Below, piece after piece: positions 37,939-48,483 of a stretch of DNA of 64,000 nt. The stretch covers positions 1 through 64,000 of the IMG/VR virus record IMGVR_UViG_3300009149_000019; one strand, 5' to 3'. Every line of letters starts with the position of its first letter. The stretch's first letter is position 1. Under the pieces are notes generated by a model that was given only the letters and a program-made list of their open reading frames with translations, ran no database searches and was not told the DNA's origin. This stretch comes from a virus. Both the position numbers and the translations under genes were made by a program.

Positions 37939-38456
37939 TGAATTCAAAGGCTAAGGGCAACAAGTACGAGCGGGATGTTGCCCGTTTTTTGACAAGATGG
38001 ATAACTGGTAAGGATAACCCCTTACTATTCTGGAGATCAACATCATCAGGGGCGTTCTGGACAACATCACGTTGTGCAGAAGGCCAGGCTGGTGACATCT
38101 CTGCTGTACACGTAGACGGACAGTGGTTTATTGACCAGTACACTATTGAGTGTAAGTCTGTCGCCCCCATTAAATTTGATCTCGGTCACACAGGCGACCT
38201 GGAGAAGTTTTGGGGTCAGGCGATTAATCAGGCACGAGGGATTGATAGAGAACCTCTTTTGTTTCTTAAACGGAACAATCGTAAGGAACTCTTTGGTTGC
38301 TCCGCCAGAATCGGTAGATTCTTTACAGATCGCCTGTCTGCGAGTATAGTTATCTGTTTTGCAGAGTTCAAACCTGAGCCCTTAGCCTTGTTCCTCACGT
38401 CAGATGTTCAGGGAGTACCATTCTCTGAGTTTAAGAAGTTCACCGAAACAAATTAA
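37938..38456 (+). CDS. Holliday junction resolvase (PD-(D/E)xK)
   Basis: SKAKGNKYERDVA, GDI, IECK, WGQA. Confidence 0.85.
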   Translation: MNSKAKGNKYERDVARFLTRWITGKDNPLLFWRSTSSGAFWTTSRCAEGQAGDISAVHVDGQWFIDQYTIECKSVAPIKFDLGHTGDLEKFWGQAINQARGIDREPLLFLKRNNRKELFGCSARIGRFFTDRLSASIVICFAEFKPEPLALFLTSDVQGVPFSEFKKFTETN

Positions 38457-38474
38457 AGTAAGTAGGAGGATCTT

Positions 38475-38672
38475 ATGCCTATATTAAAGGAGATCTCTGT
38501 TTCCTATGGAAGGAAATGTACGAGAAACTATCAGACAATGGATCTGCTCATAGCAGAATCTTACACTATGGAGGAGGGTGAGGACATTGAGGTAGTTAAG
38601 GAGGAGTTGATGAATCAACTTATGAGGACAGTTGATCGTCGAATCCTGGCTCATGCAAAAGATGAGCTGTGA
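38475..38672 (+). CDS. hypothetical protein
   Basis: AGGAGG SD, 65 aa. Confidence 0.7.
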   Translation: MPILKEISVSYGRKCTRNYQTMDLLIAESYTMEEGEDIEVVKEELMNQLMRTVDRRILAHAKDEL

Positions 38673-38760
38673 GGTGTGGCTGGCCTAGAGACCAGTCACC
38701 ACAAGATGAAAAAGTGCTTTAAGAAAGATCAGAGTTCGTTTCTGATTAGGAGGAAAATCA

Positions 38761-39183
38761 GTGGTTACCAAAATCCTATCTTATGCTCCGAGGATTGCTT
38801 CCCTTCTTAGAATGGGAAGTCAGGTTTGGCAGGCTATTGTTCAGGCGATTCAGAAGAAAAGATCGTGGCTCATAAAGTCTGCTGAGGTAATTGAGTGTAT
38901 TAGCGTTGCTCTGGAAGTAGGCTCCGCTTTTCTCTCAGCTGGAAAAGGGTTCGTAAGGGATGTGGTCACTGTGAGAGCATTGTCCACACTGAACCAAGTA
39001 GCTGAAAAAGCGCAGGCTTTTGCAGACTACTGTAAGACATCAGCCTCTGAATGGGTAACTGAGACAGGAGAGAGCTGTCTCGAATTCCTTGACAAAGTGA
39101 CTGAAACCATGGATACTGTTAGAACTGAGCTTGACAACATTAGGGTTGCGTGCCTAAGAGGCTCATTTCAGGTAGTATCCTAG
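38761..39183 (+). CDS. hypothetical helical protein
   Basis: GTG after AGGAGG. Confidence 0.7.
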   Translation: MVTKILSYAPRIASLLRMGSQVWQAIVQAIQKKRSWLIKSAEVIECISVALEVGSAFLSAGKGFVRDVVTVRALSTLNQVAEKAQAFADYCKTSASEWVTETGESCLEFLDKVTETMDTVRTELDNIRVACLRGSFQVVS

Positions 39184-39201
39184 TCTACAGAGGAGCTGTG
39201 T

Positions 39202-41127
39202 ATGATAAAATACTTCAAACTAACTGGGCTGAAAACATTGGATAAAGAGTTTGAGTTTAACTTCGGACCGGGAAGCTACCTGTTCTGTGGTCCTAACGGA
39301 GCAGGTAAGACAACGGTTCTTGACTCACTCCATCCATTTGACACATCTATCTCTAGAGGAGTAAGTATTAGAGATATGCTTAACCCGGGTGGTATGAAGG
39401 AAATAGTCATAACCAGGCACGAAGATGAGTTCCTTATCCGCATTACTAAGATGAAGGGATCAAGTGATACCTTCTTCATCCAGAAGAACGGGAAGAAGCA
39501 TCTGCTAACACAGAAGGTAAGTGCATTCAGAGACGAGGTCAACCGTCTCTTTCTACCCAACGTGTTCCAGTTTCTTCAGATACACGCAGATTCCCCAGAT
39601 TTAAGTCGGGTAAAGAACGTTGAGTTCAAGCAACAACTACTGGAGCTTGCAGGAGGAGACCAGTTTGAGGTTATCCGAGGGGAGATCAAAAAACGGCTGA
39701 GTTCCTCTAAGTTCCATATAACAGCAAAAGAGGGAGAGTTAGCAGGAATTCGGATTGGGCAGGATGAGCTGCATATTACTGGGAGTCCTGATGAGGTTAA
39801 AGACAGTCTAGTTAAGGCTAAGGCAAAGAAAAAGAAACTAGAAACCCTTGTCAGTGAAATGGAAGTAGTTCGCCAGGAATATACAAACCTGACATCCAGA
39901 AGAAACTTGCTTATACACCAACTCCAAGTTGCTGAGACTGAGGTTAACAGGATAGAAGATATCCTTCCTAAGCTTGATATGTATAGGAGAGACCTTATGC
40001 CTCTTGATGAAAAGAGAGAACGTCTTTCCAGTATATTAGAAGAGCTGTCTGAGATTCAGACCATAGAATTTAATGAACTATCCGCATTGCAAAGAGATAC
40101 TAATACTCTTGAAGAGCAAATGCGTGAACTCAGCAGAAAGCTTTCTGTATCTGAGAAGTTCAAGGACATTCCTTGTGGTAAGGATCTTCAGAGTACGTGT
40201 CCTCTTGTACCTGAGATAGAAAACGTCAGGGATCTCAAAGATCAAATGGTTTTAGTTAAGATAGAAAAGGGAGAGAAGATGACCCTTACTGAAGCTACGA
40301 AGGCTAAAAACATTGATAGAAAGAAGATATTAGTGCTAGAGAAGACAACTTTAGTAAAAGAGGTTGCTCATCTAACATCTCTTCATGATGAGGTTATTCG
40401 ATATGAGGATTGTGAAAATAGACTGGAAGGTCTATTATCTCAGATAGAGGTACTAACAAAACAGATAAAGGAGATTGATGAAAACTTAACAACGTGTCTA
40501 TACGATGCAGGAAAAATGGCTGAGTTTCGAGAAATGGTCCACGGGATCATTAGGAAAATAAGCGACTGTGAGAACCAGCTCATGTTGCTTGAGCGTATGG
40601 GAAGCACAACAGAGAGAAAAGAAACACTTGAAACAGAATTAACCACTCTTCACAGCACATATGATGCCCAGGTTATTCTTAACAAGGCGTTCTCTGTCAA
40701 TGAGTTTCCCGTCCTTACCCTGAATAGCGTTGTTGGAAGAATGAACGTGGGCGCCAACAGCTTATTCCAGGTGTTCGTACCTGAGCTTTCGCTCAACGCG
40801 TACGTAAAGGACGACGCTAGGCAAACTATCGAGCCGGATGTCTATAAAAACGGTCAATCCGTACTCATGTTTCTTTTATCCACTGGTGAGAAGGTCTGGT
40901 GTAACAGAATTACGAAAATTGCGTTGGCCCTGATTGCAAACCAGCAACATCCATTCATGGATGTACTCACGTGTGATGAAGGAGACGGAGCTCTTCATGT
41001 GAGCGTTAGAGAAGATTTTCTTAAAGCACACAGAACAATTTTGGAGTCTTCTGGTCTTAGCCAGCTGTTTCTGGTTAGCCATGATCCACGTGCTGAGAAA
41101 GTTTTCGATAACGTTATACGGTTCTAA
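39202..41127 (+). CDS. sbcC: SbcC/Rad50-like ATPase
   Basis: Walker A GPNGAGKT, long coiled coil with a Cys pair, signature LSTGE, CDEGD, VSH. Confidence 0.9.
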   Translation: MIKYFKLTGLKTLDKEFEFNFGPGSYLFCGPNGAGKTTVLDSLHPFDTSISRGVSIRDMLNPGGMKEIVITRHEDEFLIRITKMKGSSDTFFIQKNGKKHLLTQKVSAFRDEVNRLFLPNVFQFLQIHADSPDLSRVKNVEFKQQLLELAGGDQFEVIRGEIKKRLSSSKFHITAKEGELAGIRIGQDELHITGSPDEVKDSLVKAKAKKKKLETLVSEMEVVRQEYTNLTSRRNLLIHQLQVAETEVNRIEDILPKLDMYRRDLMPLDEKRERLSSILEELSEIQTIEFNELSALQRDTNTLEEQMRELSRKLSVSEKFKDIPCGKDLQSTCPLVPEIENVRDLKDQMVLVKIEKGEKMTLTEATKAKNIDRKKILVLEKTTLVKEVAHLTSLHDEVIRYEDCENRLEGLLSQIEVLTKQIKEIDENLTTCLYDAGKMAEFREMVHGIIRKISDCENQLMLLERMGSTTERKETLETELTTLHSTYDAQVILNKAFSVNEFPVLTLNSVVGRMNVGANSLFQVFVPELSLNAYVKDDARQTIEPDVYKNGQSVLMFLLSTGEKVWCNRITKIALALIANQQHPFMDVLTCDEGDGALHVSVREDFLKAHRTILESSGLSQLFLVSHDPRAEKVFDNVIRF

Positions 41128-41175
41128 GTCCAAACACAATAATCGATACTACTATAATAATAAAGGAGTTGTGTT

Positions 41176-41742
41176 GTGGATTTAAAATTTTACCTAGAAT
41201 CACTATATCCCGGCCTGGATGAGGCTGGTGTATGGCATGTAGCAAAGGTCGTGCTTAACTACGACCATTTTCGGCAAGAGCCTCTTGTTACGAAAGCAAT
41301 GGGAATAAGCTCCAGGAACTGTGAGTATTGCAAGAGAGAGCAAGAGGAATCTAACCACAGACACGTATTCTGCCGACGCCATTTAATGCTTTATGAGCTA
41401 AAGAGGTATTACGTGACAGAAGCCAGCCCGGTATTTGTATACCGTGATCTATACATCTTTCCACAAAAGTATGCGGTCAAGTGGTTTGAGAATGTGGTAG
41501 TGTCCTCATTTTCATCCAGGTACGTATCAAAAAAAGATGTGTATTACCTACTGAAGTTCTCCTTCCTGAAGAGAGATCTTAGAGAAGTGACTTTCTCAAA
41601 TCTCATAAACATAGATGAGATTGATACACAGGAATCACTAAGTGTGTCCCTTGCTACTGCCAACCTTATTATGTCTAAAGACAATAGGGATGGATTTGTA
41701 GTAAGTACGTTTGACGATTTAGGGATACCAGAAGAGGAATGA
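41176..41742 (+). CDS. hypothetical protein with a Zn-finger-like motif
   Basis: CEYC...FCRRH. Confidence 0.7.
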   Translation: MDLKFYLESLYPGLDEAGVWHVAKVVLNYDHFRQEPLVTKAMGISSRNCEYCKREQEESNHRHVFCRRHLMLYELKRYYVTEASPVFVYRDLYIFPQKYAVKWFENVVVSSFSSRYVSKKDVYYLLKFSFLKRDLREVTFSNLINIDEIDTQESLSVSLATANLIMSKDNRDGFVVSTFDDLGIPEEE

Positions 41743-41785
41743 TCTTTTTTGAGTTTGGTACTTTGGGCATTTTAGAAAAATACCA

Positions 41786-41815
41786 TTGTACTTCCAATAT
41801 ACTCTCTGCTATACT
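41786..41815 (+). promoter_or_regulatory. sigma70-type promoter upstream of the RNA polymerase genes
   Basis: TTGTAC-18 nt-TATACT with an extended -10 TG. Confidence 0.55.
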
Positions 41816-41961
41816 GAGTGCGACCGACTACAAGCAGTAGTTGTATAACAATGCACTACTGCATAAATTTATGGCGGAGCGCTCGCCGGTAGCTGAGAGA
41901 CTTAAAAAAACAACAATGGTCTAACCACTCTTAGCTTCTATAGTGCACAGGAGGGTTTTCC

Positions 41962-44886
41962 ATGTTTGTAACAATGCTTCCCCAAAAGGAGCTAATTTCT
42001 CTTCCGGAGGTGTCCTCCACCAAACCTTATAACAAAAACAAATTGTTTAGTGCTGATGGGCTATACTCCGAACAGATCTTTGGTCCTGTTAACGACTATC
42101 AGTGTCAGGATAAGATGTTTATAGGAAAAATCCATGAAGGAAAGATTTGTCCGAAGTGTGGCGTAAAGGTTACCAGCAGTTTGGAAAGATTCAAGAATTT
42201 CGGGAAGATAACCCTTCCTCTCAGAATCATTCATCCGTATGCGTTCCCGTTTCTAACGAGAGAGTTTGGTCAGTCAGTGGTCAAGGCTATATCGAATGGG
42301 GAGAAGTTCTATAAGGTAGTAAATAAAAAACTAGAGCTTGTAGAAGAAGAAGATGTCGACGGTGGAACAGGTGGAGAGTTTCTATTCCACGTTATAAGCA
42401 AGCTTGGGTTTAAGGATAAGAAAACAAAAGATTTTATCATGTTATATAAGAATGAGGTGTTCCCTCAGTACCTTCCAGTTATTCCAGTAGGTGCCAGGAA
42501 CATGCTTAAGGTTGATAACGTGGTAGTTGTTGATGACATCAACAACGTGTATGTCCGGATTCTTAAAAAGAACCAGGCAATGGCACGTGTAGTAGTCATG
42601 GACAAAAGTCTTTTATCAGAATACTATGAAATCCAGAGCTTCGTTGAGGAGCTTTTTCAGAAATTGGAAGAGAAGATTGGAAAGAAGAAAGGCCTAATCA
42701 GACAGAATCTTCTCGGAAAACGTGCAGACTTCTCATCCAGGGCAGTCATTGTTCCAAGCCCACACCTTCCTTTGGACAAAGTGGAGCTTCCCCTTGCTAT
42801 GTGCAAGGAGCTGTACAAGTTCCATATCCTATCCCATCTTATAAACAAGGTAAAGGTAAGTGCTCTTAGTGCATTAGAGCGCCTAGATACTATGACGGAT
42901 GATGAGTACCTGGACATCTTGAACGAGATAACAGCAACCAGCTGTGTTATCTTAAACAGACAGCCTACCCTTCATAGGATGGGTATGATTGCATTTTATC
43001 CTATCGTCAAAAAAGATACGAACGCTATTGCGATTCCTGTGCTAGCGTGCCCACCGTTTAACGCTGATTTTGATGGTGATCAGATTGCTGTTTACCTTCC
43101 TTTATCAGAAGCAGCGCTTGATGAGGCGCGTGGATCACTTCTGGCAACCAACCAAATCATTTCCCCATCTAATAGGGATATCACCTTTTTACCAAGCCAC
43201 GACATCGTTCTGGGGTTATACAAACTTACAAAGTTTGGACCGAAGCCTCGGTCTAGGGCGGTTTCTATCAGTGACACTATATCTAAAGAAGAACTCCTCT
43301 CAATTAAAATGGAGTCAACTGTTACATATAAAGGCCGTAGAACGACAGCGGGGCGTGTCCTTTTTAATAAGGTGATCCGTGAGCTGGTAGACTTTGTTGA
43401 CATACCAGTCACGAAGAACGTACTGTACTCAATAATGAAAGACGAAAGACTTCGACCACACCTGTCTGTACTGATAGACGAGATCAAGAACATGGGGTTC
43501 TACCTTACTACAAGGATAGGATCATCCTTCGCAGTCTCTGACTTTATTCTTAAGGGGACTGCACAGAAGAAGAGTGCCATAAAAGACGTACGCGATATGA
43601 AAGAGATTGAGAACCTGGAAGCTCTAATGATTGAAGAGCTAAAGGATAATGATGTGTTTGACATGATTAAATCAGGAGCTCGTGGAAGCTTTGAACAGGT
43701 CAGACAGATCTCCTTATTTAAGGGCTTAGTGACTGATGTTGTTGGCCAGATTCAGTCTGAGCCTATTAAGCACGGATTGCTTGAGGGGCTCACACCTAAA
43801 GAGTTTTTCAGATCCAGTTACGGTTCTAGGAAAGGAGTCGTAGACTCTTCATTAAACACTGGCCAGTCAGGACACCTAACAAGGAAGCTGGTATTCGCAC
43901 TTTCTCCTTGTATTGTTGATTATAGCAACAGTGACTGTAAATCAACAAGATACTTTGATATTGAGGTTACTACACCCATACTTCCATTTCTTAAGGATAG
44001 GTACATCCTTGTTGGAAACAAAGAGGTAAAGATCTCTAACTCAGCGCCCTATCTTGGAAAAACGATTAAGTTAAGAAGCCCTATTCACTGTAAGGGTGAG
44101 CATGGTTTCTGTAGCAAGTGTGTAGGACACTTTCCATGGGGGAAAGAGATAGGCATAATGGCAGCCCAGGCAATGGGAGAAAGAGCAACCCAGATGACAC
44201 TGCGTACATTTCATACTGGTGGAATTGCTAAGTCAGCCTTAGGTGGAATCCTGGACAAGCTAAACCACCCAGCCCTAGACCTTGAGGGTGCTACGATCGT
44301 AGCACGTAAAGATGGATTTCTTACTCTTCTTTCTGATGAAGATGATGATGAGGGAGGGGAGAGTGTGGATGGTATGTACCAAATTAAGATCGGTAACGAC
44401 ACCATCCTGATTGAGAGTGTTCCAGAGATAGATATCTTTCACGTAGGTAAATTTATTTCAGGAACAGCACTCCTCCAGGTTAATTTCAGAAATGATGATA
44501 TAGTATCTGACCTAAGACAGCTCAGGTTGGTACTTGACAATAAGAATGTATGTAAGCAGTTCATCGGACCAAACTTAGGTGCATTGCTTACAGAACTCAT
44601 AGAGGTGTTTACAAACTATGGCATGATTGACATCGTGTTTTTGGAGACACTCTTAAGCCAGCTAGCCAGAGCAGACGGAGTACACCTTCGTTTTTCAGAT
44701 AAACAGTTTCCGGATGATATGAAGACCCTGTCCTCACTACCACTATCTTCCTCGATCATACAAGGCATGTCCTTTGAAAGATTTAGGAGTGCAGTTACTA
44801 AAAGCTTGGACATGGTTAAGGATGGCACCATAAGCCCAAACAAGACTGTATCTGTTTTAGAGAGATTGCTTCTCTTAAAGTTCTGA
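41962..44886 (+). CDS. rpoC: multisubunit RNA polymerase beta' subunit
   Basis: GLYSEQIFGP, Zn-ribbon, LLGKRADFSSRAVI, LNRQPTLHR, catalytic NADFDGD, GHLTRKL, TQMTLRTFHTGG. Confidence 0.97.
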   Translation: MFVTMLPQKELISLPEVSSTKPYNKNKLFSADGLYSEQIFGPVNDYQCQDKMFIGKIHEGKICPKCGVKVTSSLERFKNFGKITLPLRIIHPYAFPFLTREFGQSVVKAISNGEKFYKVVNKKLELVEEEDVDGGTGGEFLFHVISKLGFKDKKTKDFIMLYKNEVFPQYLPVIPVGARNMLKVDNVVVVDDINNVYVRILKKNQAMARVVVMDKSLLSEYYEIQSFVEELFQKLEEKIGKKKGLIRQNLLGKRADFSSRAVIVPSPHLPLDKVELPLAMCKELYKFHILSHLINKVKVSALSALERLDTMTDDEYLDILNEITATSCVILNRQPTLHRMGMIAFYPIVKKDTNAIAIPVLACPPFNADFDGDQIAVYLPLSEAALDEARGSLLATNQIISPSNRDITFLPSHDIVLGLYKLTKFGPKPRSRAVSISDTISKEELLSIKMESTVTYKGRRTTAGRVLFNKVIRELVDFVDIPVTKNVLYSIMKDERLRPHLSVLIDEIKNMGFYLTTRIGSSFAVSDFILKGTAQKKSAIKDVRDMKEIENLEALMIEELKDNDVFDMIKSGARGSFEQVRQISLFKGLVTDVVGQIQSEPIKHGLLEGLTPKEFFRSSYGSRKGVVDSSLNTGQSGHLTRKLVFALSPCIVDYSNSDCKSTRYFDIEVTTPILPFLKDRYILVGNKEVKISNSAPYLGKTIKLRSPIHCKGEHGFCSKCVGHFPWGKEIGIMAAQAMGERATQMTLRTFHTGGIAKSALGGILDKLNHPALDLEGATIVARKDGFLTLLSDEDDDEGGESVDGMYQIKIGNDTILIESVPEIDIFHVGKFISGTALLQVNFRNDDIVSDLRQLRLVLDNKNVCKQFIGPNLGALLTELIEVFTNYGMIDIVFLETLLSQLARADGVHLRFSDKQFPDDMKTLSSLPLSSSIIQGMSFERFRSAVTKSLDMVKDGTISPNKTVSVLERLLLLKF

Positions 44887-44905
44887 GCACAGGAGGCTAT
44901 ACTAT

Positions 44906-47900
44906 ATGAACGGCATGAACATCTATCCTTTTGAGAGAACGTCACCCCTGCTGGACTACTATGCGTTTGACATTGACATCCTGCAGAAAAAGATCTTTAC
45001 ACTATTTAAGCACCTGGAGCATACAGGGCACGTGAAGGTCTTGAGCATCTCTCATAATCTGAAACCAAAGCAGACACGATACTGCTACCTGTATCCTACA
45101 GATACTTTTTCGATCAGAGTTAAGTGTACAATTGATGAGATTGACAAGACCTTCCTGCTGCACATCCCCAGGATGATAAATAGAAAGTTTACCATCAATG
45201 GGTATGAGAACATTCCCATTTTCCAGATGGTGGATCCTGCTGTTGTAGCCAGACCAGGTCATATCTTTGTAAGGTCAGCCTTTAACGATTTGTCAGTAGT
45301 ATATAATGAAAAACACTGCCAGGTCTACGCATTCAGGAAAAAGATGACACTGTCTACCATACTGTTTGCAGTGCGTGGATTCCGGAAGGCATGTAAATAT
45401 TTTGGGGTGAAAGTTAGTAAGGTCAAAAGCTTCACTAAAGGAGACTCCAGAGCAAACAAGATGATCTTAAAGGACCAGTGTATAGAGATCCTAAACATGG
45501 ACGCACTTGATCCAATAGGGCAGTTGGTATTTAGGACAGCATGTTATGAAAAGTACAAGGACGTCCTTGAGACATTCGGAACGGACGAGTTCTTTATTGG
45601 AATGCTAGGTAACCATTTTTTTGATAAGCGGAACTTCATGAAGAAAGGTGAAGAGATCCTTGAGAGTTTTAAGACTGCTTTCTTTGATCCGATCACAAAA
45701 GAACAGCTTAACTATAACGGGGATTTCTTCAAATTCATGGTTGATCTTCTCACACAGTACCTGAACACTCAGGCTTATGACTTCTTAGATCTTGAGCGTA
45801 GAGTGATCAGGCTGGAAGATTATATCCTTGTTCCATTATTTCAAAAGATATTCTCAATAGTCAGGGTAAGTATGAAATATCCTCAAAGGGTACATCATAT
45901 AAAAATAAAGCCTGATGAGATGACAGGCTCTTTGTCTAAGCCAGAGTTACAGCCTTTAATTCAATATGACTCTTCTCTTAATCCGATAGGAGAGGTTTCA
46001 ACTTTCTTTAAGTGTTCCATCTTTGGGATCAGTGGCCTGCAGAAGAGTCAAGTGTCAATTGCGATGAGAAATATTCATCCATCTTACTACGGGTCTATTT
46101 GTCCAATTGATACCCCAGATGGTCCCAGTTGTGGTGTGGTTATGAACCTGGTTCCGACTGCACAGCTTAACATTGAAGACGGTAAGTTGGAGATAGATAG
46201 AGATCACGAGACCAGAGACATAGTTTCCCTACCAGTAGCCACCATCCCATTTTTGGAAAGAAATGATGGTGTCCGTCTCCAGATGGGAGCTAACCAGAGT
46301 GAGCAGTCAAAGATACTTGATGTCACCGAGCTTCCGACTATTCAGACAGGAGCAGAGCATCTGGTAGCAAAAATGTCTACTTTTGTTAGAAGAAGCCCAG
46401 TAGACGGTATTATTTCCTTCATTAACAAGAACTTCATTGTTGTAAAAGACGAGGCTGGTAAGCATCACCTGGTTGATGCTCGTGACGAGTTCACGAGAAG
46501 GAAAATGTTCAAGTCGTTTGACCACCAGGTAACCATAGGCCAGAAGGTCAGAAAAGGGATGATCTTATCTGCTGACAGTCGGTGTATCAAGGATGATAAG
46601 GTTACTCTTGGTAGAAACTTAAAAACCTGCTTTTTCTGTTATGAGGGCAACACTTACGAAGACGCGATTGTTGTATCAGAAGAAGCAGCAGAAAAGATGT
46701 CACATTGGGAATACAACGTGACAGAGCTAACGATTGGAAGGAATGAGACTTTGCGTGAATATAATGGAAAGTTCTTTCCTGCGGTAGGAGAAGTTACCAA
46801 AGACGGGGTGCTCACTGAAAAGCAAACGATAGACCCGGAAATACGGTTCCTGTTTGACTACGACAGGGAGACAGAAAAAATAGCAGTGCCTCCCGGTTCT
46901 GAGGTTGTTGATATTCGTGTGTATGTTAATAATGAGCACGAGCTACAGCCTGAGCTTAAGGAGTACATAGATGCCCTGGTTTGTCAGCAAATGACAGATG
47001 AGCGTTCTCAGTTCAACACCATAAAAAGGTTTGTTGAGGATCCGGACCTGCTGGCATACCATAAGAATAATACATTAAAAAGTCACCGTATAGGAAGATT
47101 TTACGGGGTTGACCATTTTGAGGGTGTCCTATTCAGAATCTTTACAAAAAGACGGTGTACTCTGATGAAGGGTGACAAACTTGCTAACAGGGCAGGAAAC
47201 AAGGGCGTTGTGTCTGCCATTCTTCCAGTTGATCAGATGCCAAGAGGAGAGGATGGGGTACCCTTCGAGATCTGCTTGAATCCAATGGGTATTATTACCA
47301 GGATGAACACCGGCCAGTTATTTGAAATGACACTGGGAACTGCATGTAAAGAGATCACAAAGCGTATGCAAACCCTTCCTGAGGACAGGGCTCTGGACTT
47401 TATGCTAGAGATGATTGAGCTAGTTGATAATACAGAGGAGCACTGGTATTCTATCCAGGCTAAGGATCATGTTAGTTCACTAGAACCACATGCAAAAACT
47501 GCGCTGTATAACAAAGTGTGTACTGATGGGCTTCAGCTATATCAGCCACCATTTGCGTCCATCACCCTGGATAACTACATGAAATTGGTGGAGATACTTG
47601 GAATTTCTGAGAAGGAACATCTATTTATTCCTGAGCTTAACACAACAACGTCTGACCCTGTTGGCTGTGGATACACTTACGTACTAAAGCTTCTGCATAC
47701 ATCAGAAAGTAAAATTCATAGCAGAAGTATAGGTCCATATTCTCAGATTACTGGACAACCTTTACAAGGTAAGCGTAACCAAGGCGCTCAGCGCTTAGGT
47801 GAGATGGAAATTTGGGCTCTTGCTGCACACGATGCCGACGCCACCGTTAAGGAGATTTTAACCATTAAGAGTGATGATATTGCTGGACGAAAAGCAATGA

Positions 47901-48028
47901 TCAGGAACTTCTTAGACGCAACTCCTATTTCGATGTCCTCCTCAGAAGAGTCTCTATCTAAGACTATTTTTATGGCATACATGAAAGGCCTTATGATAAA
48001 ATTAGAATCTTCGGAGGTAGGTCTATGA
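44906..48028 (+). CDS. rpoB: multisubunit RNA polymerase beta subunit
   Basis: RNIHPSYYGSICPIDTPDG, MGANQ, YEDAI, GDKLANRAGNKG, RMNTGQ, KLLH, GAQRLGEMEIWAL. Confidence 0.97.
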   Translation: MNGMNIYPFERTSPLLDYYAFDIDILQKKIFTLFKHLEHTGHVKVLSISHNLKPKQTRYCYLYPTDTFSIRVKCTIDEIDKTFLLHIPRMINRKFTINGYENIPIFQMVDPAVVARPGHIFVRSAFNDLSVVYNEKHCQVYAFRKKMTLSTILFAVRGFRKACKYFGVKVSKVKSFTKGDSRANKMILKDQCIEILNMDALDPIGQLVFRTACYEKYKDVLETFGTDEFFIGMLGNHFFDKRNFMKKGEEILESFKTAFFDPITKEQLNYNGDFFKFMVDLLTQYLNTQAYDFLDLERRVIRLEDYILVPLFQKIFSIVRVSMKYPQRVHHIKIKPDEMTGSLSKPELQPLIQYDSSLNPIGEVSTFFKCSIFGISGLQKSQVSIAMRNIHPSYYGSICPIDTPDGPSCGVVMNLVPTAQLNIEDGKLEIDRDHETRDIVSLPVATIPFLERNDGVRLQMGANQSEQSKILDVTELPTIQTGAEHLVAKMSTFVRRSPVDGIISFINKNFIVVKDEAGKHHLVDARDEFTRRKMFKSFDHQVTIGQKVRKGMILSADSRCIKDDKVTLGRNLKTCFFCYEGNTYEDAIVVSEEAAEKMSHWEYNVTELTIGRNETLREYNGKFFPAVGEVTKDGVLTEKQTIDPEIRFLFDYDRETEKIAVPPGSEVVDIRVYVNNEHELQPELKEYIDALVCQQMTDERSQFNTIKRFVEDPDLLAYHKNNTLKSHRIGRFYGVDHFEGVLFRIFTKRRCTLMKGDKLANRAGNKGVVSAILPVDQMPRGEDGVPFEICLNPMGIITRMNTGQLFEMTLGTACKEITKRMQTLPEDRALDFMLEMIELVDNTEEHWYSIQAKDHVSSLEPHAKTALYNKVCTDGLQLYQPPFASITLDNYMKLVEILGISEKEHLFIPELNTTTSDPVGCGYTYVLKLLHTSESKIHSRSIGPYSQITGQPLQGKRNQGAQRLGEMEIWALAAHDADATVKEILTIKSDDIAGRKAMIRNFLDATPISMSSSEESLSKTIFMAYMKGLMIKLESSEVGL

Positions 48029-48483
48029 CAAAAAAGAAACTGCATCTTATTCTTAACAACCATGAAGGCACCATTATTATTGCTGGGCATGTGCCACTAT
48101 CTTCGCAAGCCCACAGTGGAATCAGGCTATCATCCTCCAAAAAAGGAGAAGCCCTGGTAAGTACAGCTCTTGACTCGATATCTTTCCTTTCGAGAGCTTC
48201 AGTGCTTAAGGAACTTAACCTTAGTAAACATATGACCAAGGGGTGTGTTTCTGCTTTGGTAAATGTTCCATGTACCTACCAAATTACGGTAAAGAAGACA
48301 CTTCTGGTTTCTGGAGAAATAGTATCGTTGCACAGCATTAACATTATCTCTCCTGGGGTGAATACCGTAAACGTCTTGTATGTTAACAGGGTAGACATCT
48401 CAGATAAACTTACTGAATTTTTTGCTACTCTGGAAGATGTGGAAGAACTGGAACAGGGAGGCATTAATGGCAATGTCCTCTAA
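48025..48483 (+). CDS. hypothetical protein coupled to rpoB
   Basis: ATGA overlap with the rpoB stop. Confidence 0.7.
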   Translation: MTKKKLHLILNNHEGTIIIAGHVPLSSQAHSGIRLSSSKKGEALVSTALDSISFLSRASVLKELNLSKHMTKGCVSALVNVPCTYQITVKKTLLVSGEIVSLHSINIISPGVNTVNVLYVNRVDISDKLTEFFATLEDVEELEQGGINGNVL

